Below, piece after piece: positions 46,525 through 54,655 of a stretch of 54,655 nucleotides of DNA (the stretch's first letter is position 1; each line of letters begins with the position of its first letter). The notes beneath the pieces are model-generated. The model had not been told where the DNA came from. It saw nothing but the letters and a program-made list of their open reading frames with translations, and searched no databases. The DNA comes from Enterobacteria phage mEp021: sequence record MH706966; one strand, given 5' to 3'. A program made the position numbers and the translations under genes.

Positions 46525-49500
46525 TGGCGGCGGTAAAGCAAAAACGCCAACTTTGCTTAATGATAATTTGTTTCATAAACAATTTTATCGGGTTTTAGAT
46601 ATTCTAAGTGAAGGACCAATTTTTGGAGTAGTTAACCAAACAGCGCCATTAAACAGCGTAATGCTTAATGACACGCCTATCACTGACGCAAGCGGAAACA
46701 CATCAGTCCCTGGCGTTAGCTTAGCGTGGCGTAATGGTACGGCTGACCAGTCACCAATCAACGGCTTCAACGCTATTGAGTCAACCGTTATTGTCAACGC
46801 AAAAGTAACTCACGACACACCAATAATCAGGACCATTTCAGATCCCAACGTTAACCGCGTAAGGCTGAATCTTGGCGTTGACTCTTTGGTAAGGTCAGAT
46901 GACAAGGGCAATCAATACAATACATCCGTTATGTTGATGGTTGATGTCAAACCTTCATCGTCATCAACGTGGTCACTGGTTAAAGATATTACTATTGGCC
47001 CAGGCAAACAAAGCGGTGAGTATCTAGAAGCCCACATTATCAACGCGCCGGATGAAAAACCGTTTGATATTCGCGTTCGTCGCGTAACGCCAGACAGCAC
47101 GGGAGATCTTCTTCACAATGATACCAGGTGGAGCAGTTACAGCGAGATAATCGATGATAATTTGTCTTATCCCCATACCGCTGTTGCTGGCGCGGTAATT
47201 GACCACGATCAGTATACTGATACGCCTACCCGCACCTATCATCTGCGTGGGCTGATTGTTGATGTTCCTGATAACTACGACCCGGAAACGCGCACGTATT
47301 CAGGATTATGGCTTGGTGGCTTTAAAAAGGCGTATACCAATAACCCTGCATGGCTTTTCCGGTATCTGGTTAAAAATGAACGTTTCGGGCTTGCCCGTCA
47401 TGCTGGTTACATTGATGTTGACGACGGCGCATTATATACGCTTTCTCAATACTGCGACCAGTTGGTTAGCGACGGATACGGCGGCTTTGAACCTCGCATG
47501 ACGCTTAATGCTTACATCACGGAGCAAATGAGCGCACGCGACTTACTTGATAACATTGCAGGCATGTTCCGTGGTATCGCGTTATGGGACGGGCAACGCC
47601 TTACCGTGATGATTGATGCACCACAAGATCCGATCGCCACCATTACAAATGCAAACGTCGTTGATGGCGCGTTTACTCGTTCAAGTATTGCCCGCGCAGA
47701 ATCTTACAACGCCGTGATTGTGTCATGGACTGACCCAGAAAACGGCTGGGAGCAATCAAAAGAATACGTGGCAGATGATGAATTGATCGCCCGCGACGGT
47801 TATAACGAAACAACGCTAGAGGCGTTCGGTTGCACGTCACGCGGGCAAGCGTACCGCGCTGGCAAATGGCTGATAGAAACGGCAAAACGCGAGCCATCAA
47901 AATTCACGTTTAAAATGGCCCGTGACGCAATTCACTTCACCCCCGGGGATATTATCGAGATACTCGACAATAACCGCGCTGGCGCTCGTTTAGGCGGCCG
48001 CATCGTGGCGAACAGTGGGAAGGTGATAACGGTAGACAAGGTTGATTCTGAATATATCGCGGCTGGTGACACTATCAGTTTACTTGATAGTGATGGCAAG
48101 TTTAAAAAACACCAGATCACCGGAGTTAACGGAAACAACATCACCCTTGCAACCGCCCCCGCATGGATTCGTAACGGGACCGTATTCGCTGTGTCAACTG
48201 AAGCGGCAAAACCTGTTCTGTGTCGAATTATCAGCGTAGCAGAAACAGAAAATAACAGCGTGTACACCATCGAGGCAGCACAACATGACCCACACAAACA
48301 GGCTGTAGTTGATGAAGGCGCAATCTTCGAGGTAAACAACGACACGCTTAATCACTTCCGCGTGCCGAACATTGAAAATCTGAAGGTGTTAAACGTTGGT
48401 TCTGAAACTGTTCAATGTCGCGCTACATGGGAAACACAGACGACAACGCATCGCCTGACCTTTGAAATACGCGTATATAACGCCGAAGGCCGCGTGGTGG
48501 CAGCTTATGAAACAACGAATTACCGCTATGATTTTTATGGCCTCGATGCTGGCAGCTACACACTTGGTATTCGCGGTCGTAATGACACTGGCATGAAGGG
48601 GGCGGAAAGTATTGTTGACCTGGTTATTGGCGCGCCAGCGGCCCCAATTGGAGTTAATTGGGTTCCCGGCGTTTTCCAGGCAACAGTATACCCGATCAGC
48701 AAAACAACACTGACAACTGATACAGCATACGAGTTCTATTTCTCAGGTGAAAATCAGATCACTGACCCATCAAAAGTAACAACTTTGGCGCAGTTTACCG
48801 GGCGCGGCTATCAGTGGACTTTTGGCGGAATGAACACGGGCCATACCTATTACGTTTATGTCCGCACACGTAACGCTTTTGGTGTGTCAGATTTCGTTGA
48901 GTCATCAGGAAAACCAACTGAAAACTTCGATGAAATTAGCGACTACGTCACCAAAGACGTGATTAACTCAGAACAGTTTAAAGGGATGATTAGCGACATT
49001 AAAGATCTTGGCGACCGCGCCGACCTTATCGAAAGCGCTACAAATGACCTTAAAACTGCTACCGACAACCTCAAAACTGCAACTGATAACCTGACAAACA
49101 TCACTGACGATTTAATGGTTGACACTGACAACCTGACAAACATCACTGACGAATTGAGGACTGATACGGACGGCTTAATCACAGAAACAGGGGCCATAAA
49201 AGCTGATACGGACACACTGAAAAAACAAACGGAAGATCTTTATAAAAAGGTTGGGGAAAACGCCGATGATATTGGACAGCATGAGGCAAGAATAGATTCA
49301 CTGGAGGTATCTAGCGAAAAAGTTGGCAGTGAACTTGCGCAAGCAAAAGCAAGCCTGCAAAACGCGTCATTGGCGCTTATCAATAACTCACTTGCACAGA
49401 CTAACACTCGCGTAACTCTTACCGCTCAGTATAAGAAAGGCAGGACAGAGACGAAGGCTGAAATTGACCGTATTGACAACGTTATTGCTGAAGAGAAAAA

Positions 49501-51700
49501 GGCAACGGCTGAATCACTGGAAACCATCACGGCAGAAATGAACACGATGGATTCTAACCTTAAAGGTCAGATCTCAAGCGTGGAACGCGCAGTGGCTGAC
49601 GAGGCCAGCGCACGCGCAGAAGCCATTAACGGTGTGAACGCATCAATAAGCAATCTAGACAAGAAAACAGACGCCAGCATCAATAGACTTGATCAAGCTA
49701 TTGCAGACGAAACGAACGCCCGCACACAGGCAGTCAGTGACGTTAACGCGAGTATCTCATCGCTAGACAAGAAAACTGACGCCAGCGTTAAACGCTTGGA
49801 TCAAGCAATTGCAGACGAAACCAGTGCAAGAACTGAAGCTATCAGCGGCGTGAACGCATCAATTTCCACTCTTGATAGCAAGGTAACAAGCAATGTAACG
49901 CGCATAGATAAAGCTATTGCAGACGAAACGAAGGCACGCACTGACGCAATCAGCGGCGTTAATGCAAGTATTAGCACACTCGAAGGCAACACCAATTCAG
50001 AAGTGAAACGCCTTGATCAAGCAATAGCTGACGAGACTAGTGCCCGCACACAGGCTATCAGCGGTGTAAATGCTTCGATAAGCAATCTTGAAAGCAAAAC
50101 TGACGCGAGCGTTTCCCGTCTTGATAAAGCAATATCAGATGAAACGCAGGCAAGAAGTGCCGCAATAACAGAGGTTAAAGCTGATTTGTCAACGCTCGAA
50201 AATAGCACAAACGCCAGCGTTAAACGCCTTGATCAGGCGATTGCCGACGAATCAAGCGCACGCGCTGAAGCAATATCGGGCATCAACGCAGAGATTGGCA
50301 ACATTGAAAATAATGTTGACAAAAACAGCGATGATATAAATCAGACAAAAGCAAGCCTGCAAAACGCGTCTATCGCGCTTATTAACAACTCAATCGCTCA
50401 AACAAACACGCGTGTTACGCTTACGGCCCAATACAAGAAAGGCCGCAAAGAAACCAACGCGCAAATTGACCGTATTGACAATGTTATCGCTGAAGAGAAA
50501 AAGGCTACAGCGGAAGCGGTTAGCGTGGTAAAAGCATCGATCACGGATCTTGATAAGAAGACTGACGCGAGTGTTTCCCGTCTCGACAAGGCTATCGCAG
50601 ACGAAACAAGCGCACGCAGCGAGGCTATTAGCGGAGTAAATGCCTCAGTGTCAGCGCTAGACAAGAAAACGGATTCAAACATAAGCCGTCTTGATAAAGC
50701 CATTGCAGATGAGACAAGCGCAAGAACTGAAGCTATCAGTGGAGTGAATGCAAGTATTATCACTCTTGAAAGCAACACTGAATCTGAAGTTGGCAGGCTG
50801 GATCAGGCAATTGCCGACGAATCAAGTGCCCGCGCCCAGGCTATAAGCGGAGTGAACGCATCAATTTCCACTCTTGATAGTAAGGTGACAAGTAACGTAA
50901 CCCGTATTGATAAGGCTATTGCAGACGAAACGAAGGCACGCACTGACGCGATAAGTAGCCTTAATTCATCGCTTACCAGTACGATTAATTCGAAAGTGTC
51001 TGAAGTATCAACGGCACTTTCTACGCATGAAGCATCAAGCGCTGAAAAATTTAGCCAGATCTCTGCGTCTTTCGAATCTGTAAACTCAAGTATTACAGAA
51101 TGGTCACAATCTATGGCAACGGCTGACGAGGCATTGTCAACCAAAATTGATCAGTTAACAGTAACCGTTAACGGTAACAAAACGGCGATCGAGACGACAT
51201 CGAATGCGCTAACCGATTTCAAGGGTAACGTTGATGCGTCATATTCAATCAAGCTCGCCACCGATAACAACGGCATGAAGTACGCGACAGGTATGTCGCT
51301 TGGCCTGACTGGTAACGGCACAAACTTTCAATCGCAGTGTATTTTCCTCGTTGACCGCTTCGTGTTAATGACCTCAGCAAACGGCACATATACAACACCT
51401 TTCTATGTCACCAATGGTGCGATGTATGTGAAAGAAGCGTTTATTAAAGACGGATCGATCGATACTGCAAAAATAGCGCAGCAAATCCAGTCAACTGTAT
51501 TTGTTCAAGACTCAAAAGGTTGGATGATTAACAAAGATGGATGGGCGCAATTCAACGAAGTTACTGTAAGGGGTAACGTCATTGTTAAAGGCAATCAAAA
51601 TTTCGATGTACGCAATAGTGACGGACGGGTAATTATTAACAATAATGGCATTACAGTAAATCTTCCTAGTGGTGGTAAAATTATTATCGGTGTTTGGTAA
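46517..51700 (+). CDS. Central tail fibre / host specificity protein J, greatly extended by a coiled-coil repeat region
   Basis: 1727 aa. The N-terminal part of about 800 aa is J-like, including FN3-like segments. It is followed by heptad-like and 36-aa repeats and then a C-terminal beta-rich tip. Confidence 0.9.
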   Translation: MSSGGGKAKTPTLLNDNLFHKQFYRVLDILSEGPIFGVVNQTAPLNSVMLNDTPITDASGNTSVPGVSLAWRNGTADQSPINGFNAIESTVIVNAKVTHDTPIIRTISDPNVNRVRLNLGVDSLVRSDDKGNQYNTSVMLMVDVKPSSSSTWSLVKDITIGPGKQSGEYLEAHIINAPDEKPFDIRVRRVTPDSTGDLLHNDTRWSSYSEIIDDNLSYPHTAVAGAVIDHDQYTDTPTRTYHLRGLIVDVPDNYDPETRTYSGLWLGGFKKAYTNNPAWLFRYLVKNERFGLARHAGYIDVDDGALYTLSQYCDQLVSDGYGGFEPRMTLNAYITEQMSARDLLDNIAGMFRGIALWDGQRLTVMIDAPQDPIATITNANVVDGAFTRSSIARAESYNAVIVSWTDPENGWEQSKEYVADDELIARDGYNETTLEAFGCTSRGQAYRAGKWLIETAKREPSKFTFKMARDAIHFTPGDIIEILDNNRAGARLGGRIVANSGKVITVDKVDSEYIAAGDTISLLDSDGKFKKHQITGVNGNNITLATAPAWIRNGTVFAVSTEAAKPVLCRIISVAETENNSVYTIEAAQHDPHKQAVVDEGAIFEVNNDTLNHFRVPNIENLKVLNVGSETVQCRATWETQTTTHRLTFEIRVYNAEGRVVAAYETTNYRYDFYGLDAGSYTLGIRGRNDTGMKGAESIVDLVIGAPAAPIGVNWVPGVFQATVYPISKTTLTTDTAYEFYFSGENQITDPSKVTTLAQFTGRGYQWTFGGMNTGHTYYVYVRTRNAFGVSDFVESSGKPTENFDEISDYVTKDVINSEQFKGMISDIKDLGDRADLIESATNDLKTATDNLKTATDNLTNITDDLMVDTDNLTNITDELRTDTDGLITETGAIKADTDTLKKQTEDLYKKVGENADDIGQHEARIDSLEVSSEKVGSELAQAKASLQNASLALINNSLAQTNTRVTLTAQYKKGRTETKAEIDRIDNVIAEEKKATAESLETITAEMNTMDSNLKGQISSVERAVADEASARAEAINGVNASISNLDKKTDASINRLDQAIADETNARTQAVSDVNASISSLDKKTDASVKRLDQAIADETSARTEAISGVNASISTLDSKVTSNVTRIDKAIADETKARTDAISGVNASISTLEGNTNSEVKRLDQAIADETSARTQAISGVNASISNLESKTDASVSRLDKAISDETQARSAAITEVKADLSTLENSTNASVKRLDQAIADESSARAEAISGINAEIGNIENNVDKNSDDINQTKASLQNASIALINNSIAQTNTRVTLTAQYKKGRKETNAQIDRIDNVIAEEKKATAEAVSVVKASITDLDKKTDASVSRLDKAIADETSARSEAISGVNASVSALDKKTDSNISRLDKAIADETSARTEAISGVNASIITLESNTESEVGRLDQAIADESSARAQAISGVNASISTLDSKVTSNVTRIDKAIADETKARTDAISSLNSSLTSTINSKVSEVSTALSTHEASSAEKFSQISASFESVNSSITEWSQSMATADEALSTKIDQLTVTVNGNKTAIETTSNALTDFKGNVDASYSIKLATDNNGMKYATGMSLGLTGNGTNFQSQCIFLVDRFVLMTSANGTYTTPFYVTNGAMYVKEAFIKDGSIDTAKIAQQIQSTVFVQDSKGWMINKDGWAQFNEVTVRGNVIVKGNQNFDVRNSDGRVIINNNGITVNLPSGGKIIIGVW
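49580..50990 (+). repeat. About 11 copies of a 108-bp (36-aa) coding repeat, organised as a roughly 1002-bp tandem duplication
   Basis: Unit LDQAIADETSARTEAISGVNASIS.LD.KT.A.V.R. Blocks at 49345-49515 and 49800-49975 recur at +1002 bp with about 85-90% identity by eye. Confidence 0.85.
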
Positions 51701-51740
51701 CCACTGTTGCCCCGCCAAATGGTTGGGGCAACTAATTTTA

Positions 51741-52676
51741 TTAATAAATTACTGGCAAATAAGGAAGATTCATACCTATACAGAAATCCGGCCTGTTACC
51801 TATTTCATACCTGACAATCCTTGATCCTGTTCCGCTTTTCACCTGCCCGTTGTACATCATAATGCCTTTGTATCTTAGTTCCTTGTATGCTGATATAGCT
51901 CTAGTATTAAAGCCGCATCTCAATATTGGGAAGAACGCGTCACCTATTGTCTGGTAACTATTCGATAACGCTATAAATCCCTTAACAACCAATGGCCTTT
52001 GTTTTGTTGAAAACACGCATTGATTATTTTTATTAATGATGGTTATTCCGTCGCCAGGTGATGGCGGTGATTTGCTAAAAATAGCCAAATTCATCGTTAC
52101 CGATCCATATGTGTCACCAGTTGCAGAAGTGTTTGTGTTTGTACAGATCAATTTATTGTTTCCGTCAAACTCAACTGAAACACCGCTATTGCTCCAGTTA
52201 CCGAAAGGAACACCGGCAACTGGCATAGTGTAAGAACCATTAAAGCTAACACTCCCAACCCATAAACATGACATCAATGTATCGTTAGTCGTTATCGATG
52301 CAAAATCTGTGCTATCTGCAACTAATATACCCTCACCAGTAGACGCCTTTGCTATCTCAAACACGCTACCGCTAAAATTAGTGATCCTATCAGAATATGC
52401 GTTCTCACCACTAATTGAAATCCTTGCCGTGCCACCAGAAGCACTAAAGCCTGATATAAAATATGTTTCAACACCCCTGTCAAGCTCAAACGCGTAAGCG
52501 CCTACCTTTGGGATTAGAAACTTATCGCCGCCAGTTAAATCCTTTATGGAAAAACTTTGCGAAAACCCAGCATTTTGAATATTGAAATCTCCAGCGTGTG
52601 AGAACGCACGCAACCCGCTTGTTATTTCCATTGCAGGGCGTCCGTCATTCAGCCCAATATATATACCCGCCCCCAT
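51741..52676 (-). CDS. Beta-rich 311-aa protein of unknown function
   Basis: Trimmed to the ATG overlapping the lipoprotein stop (TAATG). Ser/Gly/Thr/Asn-rich with no signal peptide seen. Confidence 0.6.
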   Translation of the reverse strand: MGAGIYIGLNDGRPAMEITSGLRAFSHAGDFNIQNAGFSQSFSIKDLTGGDKFLIPKVGAYAFELDRGVETYFISGFSASGGTARISISGENAYSDRITNFSGSVFEIAKASTGEGILVADSTDFASITTNDTLMSCLWVGSVSFNGSYTMPVAGVPFGNWSNSGVSVEFDGNNKLICTNTNTSATGDTYGSVTMNLAIFSKSPPSPGDGITIINKNNQCVFSTKQRPLVVKGFIALSNSYQTIGDAFFPILRCGFNTRAISAYKELRYKGIMMYNGQVKSGTGSRIVRYEIGNRPDFCIGMNLPYLPVIY

Positions 52677-52894
52677 TAGTACCACTCCTTACTTCCGCAA
52701 TCTCTAGTCTTGCCACTATGACCATCAGTGCCATCATAAACGCGACAGATCTCACCGGACGGAACCTTAGCCCCGTCAACCCATCTTTCATAGCAGACAC
52801 CGTATGCGCTAGTTGCACAATGGCCGTTGTGTCGATTAGTGTCAGCGCAACCAACCAGAATAGCCGCAACAGCGATAATTGTTACCATTTTCAT
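52676..52894 (-). CDS. Small Cys-rich lipoprotein (72 aa), Cor/Llp-like position
   Basis: MKMVTIIAVAAILVGC lipobox, RBS GGGGTG, and six further Cys in the mature part. Confidence 0.65.
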   Translation of the reverse strand: MKMVTIIAVAAILVGCADTNRHNGHCATSAYGVCYERWVDGAKVPSGEICRVYDGTDGHSGKTRDCGSKEWY

Positions 52895-52986
52895 TAGTAC
52901 ACCCCACTCAGATTGTGTGTATTTGTTGCTTTGTTTATTATAATATACATTTTGTATAAGCATAAAATGCAACATAGATCACAAAA

Positions 52987-52995
52987 TGGTAGAAT
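52987..52995 (+). promoter_or_regulatory. Extended -10 element TGGTAGAAT upstream of the side tail fibre gene
   Basis: Fused to a CACAAAATGG word. The ATG is 34 nt downstream and has a GGAG RBS. Confidence 0.35.
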
Positions 52996-53028
52996 TATTC
53001 CGTTAATTAACATAATGGAGTCATTGCG

Positions 53029-54378
53029 ATGATTTACACAACTGGAACAATTGCCATCAATGGCAACACTGTTACAGGCACGGGTACAAACTTTTCCGCG
53101 CCGCTTTCTCTCATTCGTGTAGGTTGCACGCTCATTACCATCGGCAATCCGGTGCAGATCTTTACCATCACAGAAAGGCCCAGCGGTACTGAACTGTCAG
53201 TAACGCCAGCGGCTAACCCTGCGATCCCCGCCGGAACAAAATTTAGCATTCTGCTTTCTGACTCGATCTCAGTAGATGGTCTTGCTCAGGACGTAGCTGA
53301 AACGCTGCGTTACTACCAGGGTAAGGAAACTGAAATTGCAGAAGCAATTGAATTTTTCCATGAATTTGATTTCAATGCACTTACAACGCTGGCTAACCAG
53401 GTTCACACTGATTCAGCGCAAGTAAGCGCAGATAAAGCGATAGTTCAGCAATATAAAACAGATTCCGAATCAGCCAAATCAGCAGCAGAAGCTGCAAAAG
53501 GTCAGGCGGTGTTAGCTCAAACCGCCGCAGAGACAGCTAATACCAACGCGCAAGCCGCCAGCACTGCAGCGCAGGGATTTTGCGATCGGGCCGAAGAATG
53601 GGCGCAAAGCGTAAACCCCGACAACCTGCTAACTAAAGCCGGCAACCTGGCAGGGTTGACAGATAAATCGGCGGCGAGGTCCAATCTTGGGGTTGGAGAT
53701 AATAGTTTAGTTAAGTTAGGTGCGCTGCACCTGAATGGTGGTGAGTCATTAGTGTTAAGGGGCGCAGAGTCTAACGAGTTAAGGTTGTCAAACTCTTTAT
53801 ACGGGGCTGATAGCTGGGTTGGGATGACGATGCATAAGTGGTACGAGGATTGGACGCGGGCTGGCTTGGTAAGGGGAGGTGGTACCAAATTATCAGACTA
53901 CCGCATCCATGTGTGGAAAGATGGTATATCTGATGCTTTATTCCGATTTTTGCCCGACCAAAGGCTTATTAGCGGCAACAGTGACAACCCGGCGGTTAAC
54001 GAGTTCCAGAAAGCGCCGCTATCGGACCGCGACCATAAAAAAGAAATCCAATACACGGACGGCGAGGAAAGCTACAACCGCGTTCGCCAATGGCTTCCGG
54101 TAATGTTTAAGTATAAAGAGTCGGATGTACAGCGATACGGCCTTATCGCGCAGGACCTGGTAAGGATTGACCCGGAATACGTGCATTTGCTGCCGGGCTA
54201 CGCCATCTATGAGGACGTCAAGGGGGTGGACGAGGAAGGGAACGAGGTAGTAGTAGACCGGAAGGAGATCGGGTATACAGACGATGTGCTGTCTCTAGAC
54301 AGTAATGTGCTGTTGATGGATCTGTGTGCCGCCTTCGTTCATCTGTTGCATAAAGTGGAGAAGCTGGAAGGTAAGTAA
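53029..54378 (+). CDS. Side tail fibre with a C-terminal intramolecular chaperone (peptidase S74) domain
   Basis: 449 aa. The N-terminus IYTTGTIAINGNTVTGTGTNF is typical of fibre proteins. The C-terminus SDRDHKKEI...RYGLIAQDL...LSLD...L is typical of the S74 autoproteolytic chaperone. Confidence 0.85.
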   Translation: MIYTTGTIAINGNTVTGTGTNFSAPLSLIRVGCTLITIGNPVQIFTITERPSGTELSVTPAANPAIPAGTKFSILLSDSISVDGLAQDVAETLRYYQGKETEIAEAIEFFHEFDFNALTTLANQVHTDSAQVSADKAIVQQYKTDSESAKSAAEAAKGQAVLAQTAAETANTNAQAASTAAQGFCDRAEEWAQSVNPDNLLTKAGNLAGLTDKSAARSNLGVGDNSLVKLGALHLNGGESLVLRGAESNELRLSNSLYGADSWVGMTMHKWYEDWTRAGLVRGGGTKLSDYRIHVWKDGISDALFRFLPDQRLISGNSDNPAVNEFQKAPLSDRDHKKEIQYTDGEESYNRVRQWLPVMFKYKESDVQRYGLIAQDLVRIDPEYVHLLPGYAIYEDVKGVDEEGNEVVVDRKEIGYTDDVLSLDSNVLLMDLCAAFVHLLHKVEKLEGK

Positions 54379-54384
54379 GGAAAA

Positions 54385-54406
54385 GGGGCCATACGGCCCC
54401 TTCTTT
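54385..54406. terminator. Hairpin terminator after the fibre gene
   Basis: GGGGCC-ATAC-GGCCCC followed by TTCTTT. Confidence 0.7.
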
Positions 54407-54536
54407 AGTTTGAGTTTTCCCAGCCCATTTTACGCCGCACCAACGAGATTTCGTAGTATTCCTTGCCTTCTACCTCCACCAACGGCCAATCGTTAATAAT
54501 CACGTATATCTCCGCTATACCTCAATCACGCCGCGC

Positions 54537-54565
54537 GAAACGAGGCTAACGCCTCGTTTCTTTTT
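54537..54565 (+). terminator. Strong rho-independent terminator abutting the candidate attR core
   Basis: GAAACGAGGC-TAAC-GCCTCGTTTC followed by TTTTT. The T-tract runs into the repeat. Confidence 0.6.
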
Positions 54566-54586
54566 GTGTACCAAATAGAGACCAAA
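54564..54586. repeat. Candidate attR core (direct repeat of 150-172)
   Basis: TTGTGTACCAAATAGAGACCAAA, identical to the left copy at 21 of 23 positions. Confidence 0.4.
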
Positions 54587-54655
54587 TATCCAAAACAAAA
54601 AGCAAAAGCACTGTAACATACTGTTTTATAAATGATTATTCACAACACTAATCAT

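Larger units (their letters stand above)
150..54586 (+). mobile_element. Complete lambdoid siphovirus-type prophage (integrase through side tail fibre)
   Basis: Contiguous int/xis, replication, immunity, recombination, nin/Q, lysis, terminase, head, tail and fibre modules. Ends are set by a 23-nt imperfect direct repeat, and the exact boundaries are uncertain. Confidence 0.8.

Noticed and set aside
49801-51144. Series of minus-strand ORFs with repetitive sequence inside J
   Set aside because: They are the reverse-complement shadow of the Ala/Ser/Asp-rich coding repeats of J, not independent genes.
46517-51700. Diversity-generating retroelement targeting the J repeats
   Set aside because: There is no reverse transcriptase gene in the window and no template-repeat/variable-repeat pair with adenine-specific differences.
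54405-54503. 32-aa minus-strand ORF (GTG start, RBS GGAG) VIINDWPLVEVEGKEYYEISLVRRKMGWENSN near the right end
   Set aside because: It is short, uses a non-ATG start and has no recognisable motif. It could be real or a gene remnant, but the support is too weak to call it a feature.

Overview
The window is essentially one complete lambdoid, siphovirus-type prophage of about 54.4 kb with an enterobacterial look. It is bracketed by a 23-nt imperfect direct repeat (150-172 and 54564-54586).

Gene order:
- A P4-type tyrosine integrase (+).
- A minus-strand early operon: wHTH protein, O-like initiator with an internal iteron origin, a Zn-ribbon-array/T5orf172 protein, an HTH-metallophosphoesterase, an HNH-AP2 endonuclease, a DnaB-type helicase, a DPPY methyltransferase, NinB and an AlpA/Xis-like protein.
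- A CI/LexA-type repressor (+).
- A long plus-strand transcription series: N-like arginine-rich protein, ERF, SSB, HNH, many small ORFs, Dam-type methyltransferase, VUT-like membrane protein, C5-MTase-like protein, NinG, RusA and Q.
- Pinholin, SAR endolysin and Rz/Rz1.
- TerS and TerL, then portal, MuF, scaffold and capsid.
- Tail genes, tape measure, M/L/K/I, a giant J and a side fibre with an S74 chaperone domain.

All functional calls come from reading motifs and remembered family signatures. No database search was run.

Main points of interest:
1. A protein of six tandem Zn-ribbon modules fused to a T5orf172/GIY-YIG-like domain, plus a second copy in the tail operon broken by two stop codons.
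2. A word of about 12 nt (TATACAAAATGG, sometimes a perfect palindrome) found at 20 or more intergenic positions, including the immunity region and every transcription restart point.
3. Three nut-like boxA/boxB sites, two sharing an identical 17-mer, together with an early-gene geometry unlike lambda.
4. The tail operon is interrupted five times by accessory cassettes, four of them on the minus strand.
5. An array of four or five tiny single-TM ORFs between the lysis and terminase genes.
6. Three DNA methyltransferases.
7. A 31-nt block conserved upstream of the portal gene and gpM.
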